From a bacterium (GTDB taxonomy: Bacteria; UBP6; UBA1177): a stretch of DNA of 64,000 nucleotides. The position numbers and the translations under genes are program-made. The notes beneath the pieces were generated by a model that saw only the letters and a list, made by a program, of their open reading frames with translations, had not been told where the DNA came from and did no database searches. Location: contig JAFQZM010000038.1 in the NCBI GenBank assembly GCA_017405875.1, forward strand, positions 89,261 to 153,260, given 5' to 3'. Below, in pieces: positions 63,144-64,000 of the stretch (position 1 is the stretch's first letter; every line of letters begins with the position of its first letter).

Positions 63144-63234
63144 TACACTTTTCCAAGCGACTTTTTCACATAATAATACACTTTTTCAAGGGAGTTTCCA
63201 AGTAAAAATTACACTTTTTCAAGTGAGTTTTTCA
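63144..63234. repeat. Three 25-bp direct repeats at 33-bp period over the ATPase promoter
   Basis: TACACTTTTCCAAGCGACTTTTTCA (63144), TACACTTTTTCAAGGGAGTTTCCAA (63177), TACACTTTTTCAAGTGAGTTTTTCA (63210); minus-strand TTGGAA-17-TATTAT at 63201-63173. Confidence 0.85.
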
Positions 63235-63322
63235 GATCCCAAAATAGGTTGGATTTCGGCGAACAACGATAAATTTCAGCTTTACAAATCGGCTTTTGAT
63301 AGTTTCGCCGGACGGTGAACGC

Positions 63323-64000
63323 TTATTCCACGCCGAGCATTTTGAGGAAGAATCCGATTTCCATGGCAGATTCTTTGATTCTTGCCTGAGTCGATTTGCC
63401 CTGGCCGTGACCCGCTTTGGTTTCGACCCAGAGGAATATCGGGTTCTCTGATTTGTTTTCATACTGGAGGGCTGCAGCCATTTTCTTTGCATGCATCGGG
63501 TGCACTCTCGAATCGTGCTCGCCTGCGGTGAGAAGGACTGCCGGGAATAAGCCGCCTTTTTTGATGTTCTGGTAAGGCGAATACTTCAGAATGTAGTCAA
63601 ACTGCTCTTTGTCGTCGCTTGAGCCGTATTCGCTCACCCAGTATCTTCCGATGAGGAATTTGTGGAAACGGAGCATGTCGAGCAGAGGAACTGCGACTAC
63701 AGCCGCTTTGAAAAGGTCGCCGAACTGCGTGACCATGGCTCCTGTGAGAAGTCCGCCGTTGCTGCCGCCCCAGATAGCGAGTTTTTCGGGGTTCGTGTAT
63801 TTTTCGTCGGCAAGGTATTTCATCGCGTATGCGAAATCATCGAAAGTATTCTGTTTTTTGTCTAACATTCCCGCTCTGTGCCACTTTTCGCCGTATTCAC
63901 CGCCGCCGCGGATGTTTGCTATCGCCATGATGCCGCCGGTTTCGATCCAGACTGCGTTCACTGCCGAGAAATACATCGGGTAGTTTACGTTGAAACCGCC
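63323..64000 (-). CDS. Prolyl oligopeptidase (S9A), C-terminal part; runs off the window
   Basis: ANIRGGGEYG, GGSNGG nucleophile, HDSRV, AGHG. Confidence 0.93.
   Translation of the reverse strand, partial: GGFNVNYPMYFSAVNAVWIETGGIMAIANIRGGGEYGEKWHRAGMLDKKQNTFDDFAYAMKYLADEKYTNPEKLAIWGGSNGGLLTGAMVTQFGDLFKAAVVAVPLLDMLRFHKFLIGRYWVSEYGSSDDKEQFDYILKYSPYQNIKKGGLFPAVLLTAGEHDSRVHPMHAKKMAAALQYENKSENPIFLWVETKAGHGQGKSTQARIKESAMEIGFFLKMLGVE

Noticed and set aside
63144-63234. Mini CRISPR array
   Set aside because: Spacers are only 8 nt, the repeats are degenerate and overlap a promoter, and there are no cas genes. Reported as operator-like repeats instead.

Overview
This is a compact bacterial chromosomal segment read with genetic code 11. 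A deltaproteobacterial/Myxococcota-like origin is inferred from AgmX/GltG-type TonB-C proteins, CGNG cysteine repeats, a MshEN-HD protein and a LamB-like porin. Housekeeping genes are murJ, tandem thyX, ftsK, a transporter-less PTS (hprK, EIIA-Man, ptsH, ptsI), pheS, tRNA-Glu/Gln, lexA, lapAB, era, ansA, nagZ, coaX, ribE, ispF, a U32 protein, pdxK, maf, tdk, iscS/iscU and spoIID. They are interleaved with about 11 predicted lipoproteins built from acidic stalks, Cys-rich modules or Ig-like repeats. I found no transposase, integrase, reverse transcriptase or CRISPR array. The most notable items are: (1) a ~1360-aa PPDK-like ATP-grasp/His-swivel protein with no pyruvate-binding domain, divergent from an orphan PTS operon; (2) a secreted ~1050-aa protein whose ~650-aa coiled coil is centred on a single Pro and flanked by a symmetric Cys pair; (3) an AAA+/PD-(D/E)xK gene with three 25-bp repeats at exact 33-bp spacing over its promoter; (4) a candidate new LexA operator, ACCTTGA-N4-TCAAGGT; (5) a dispersed REP-like intergenic repeat family; (6) an unnamed lipoprotein head domain present in two diverged paralogs. 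Domain names come from motif recognition only; no database search was run.
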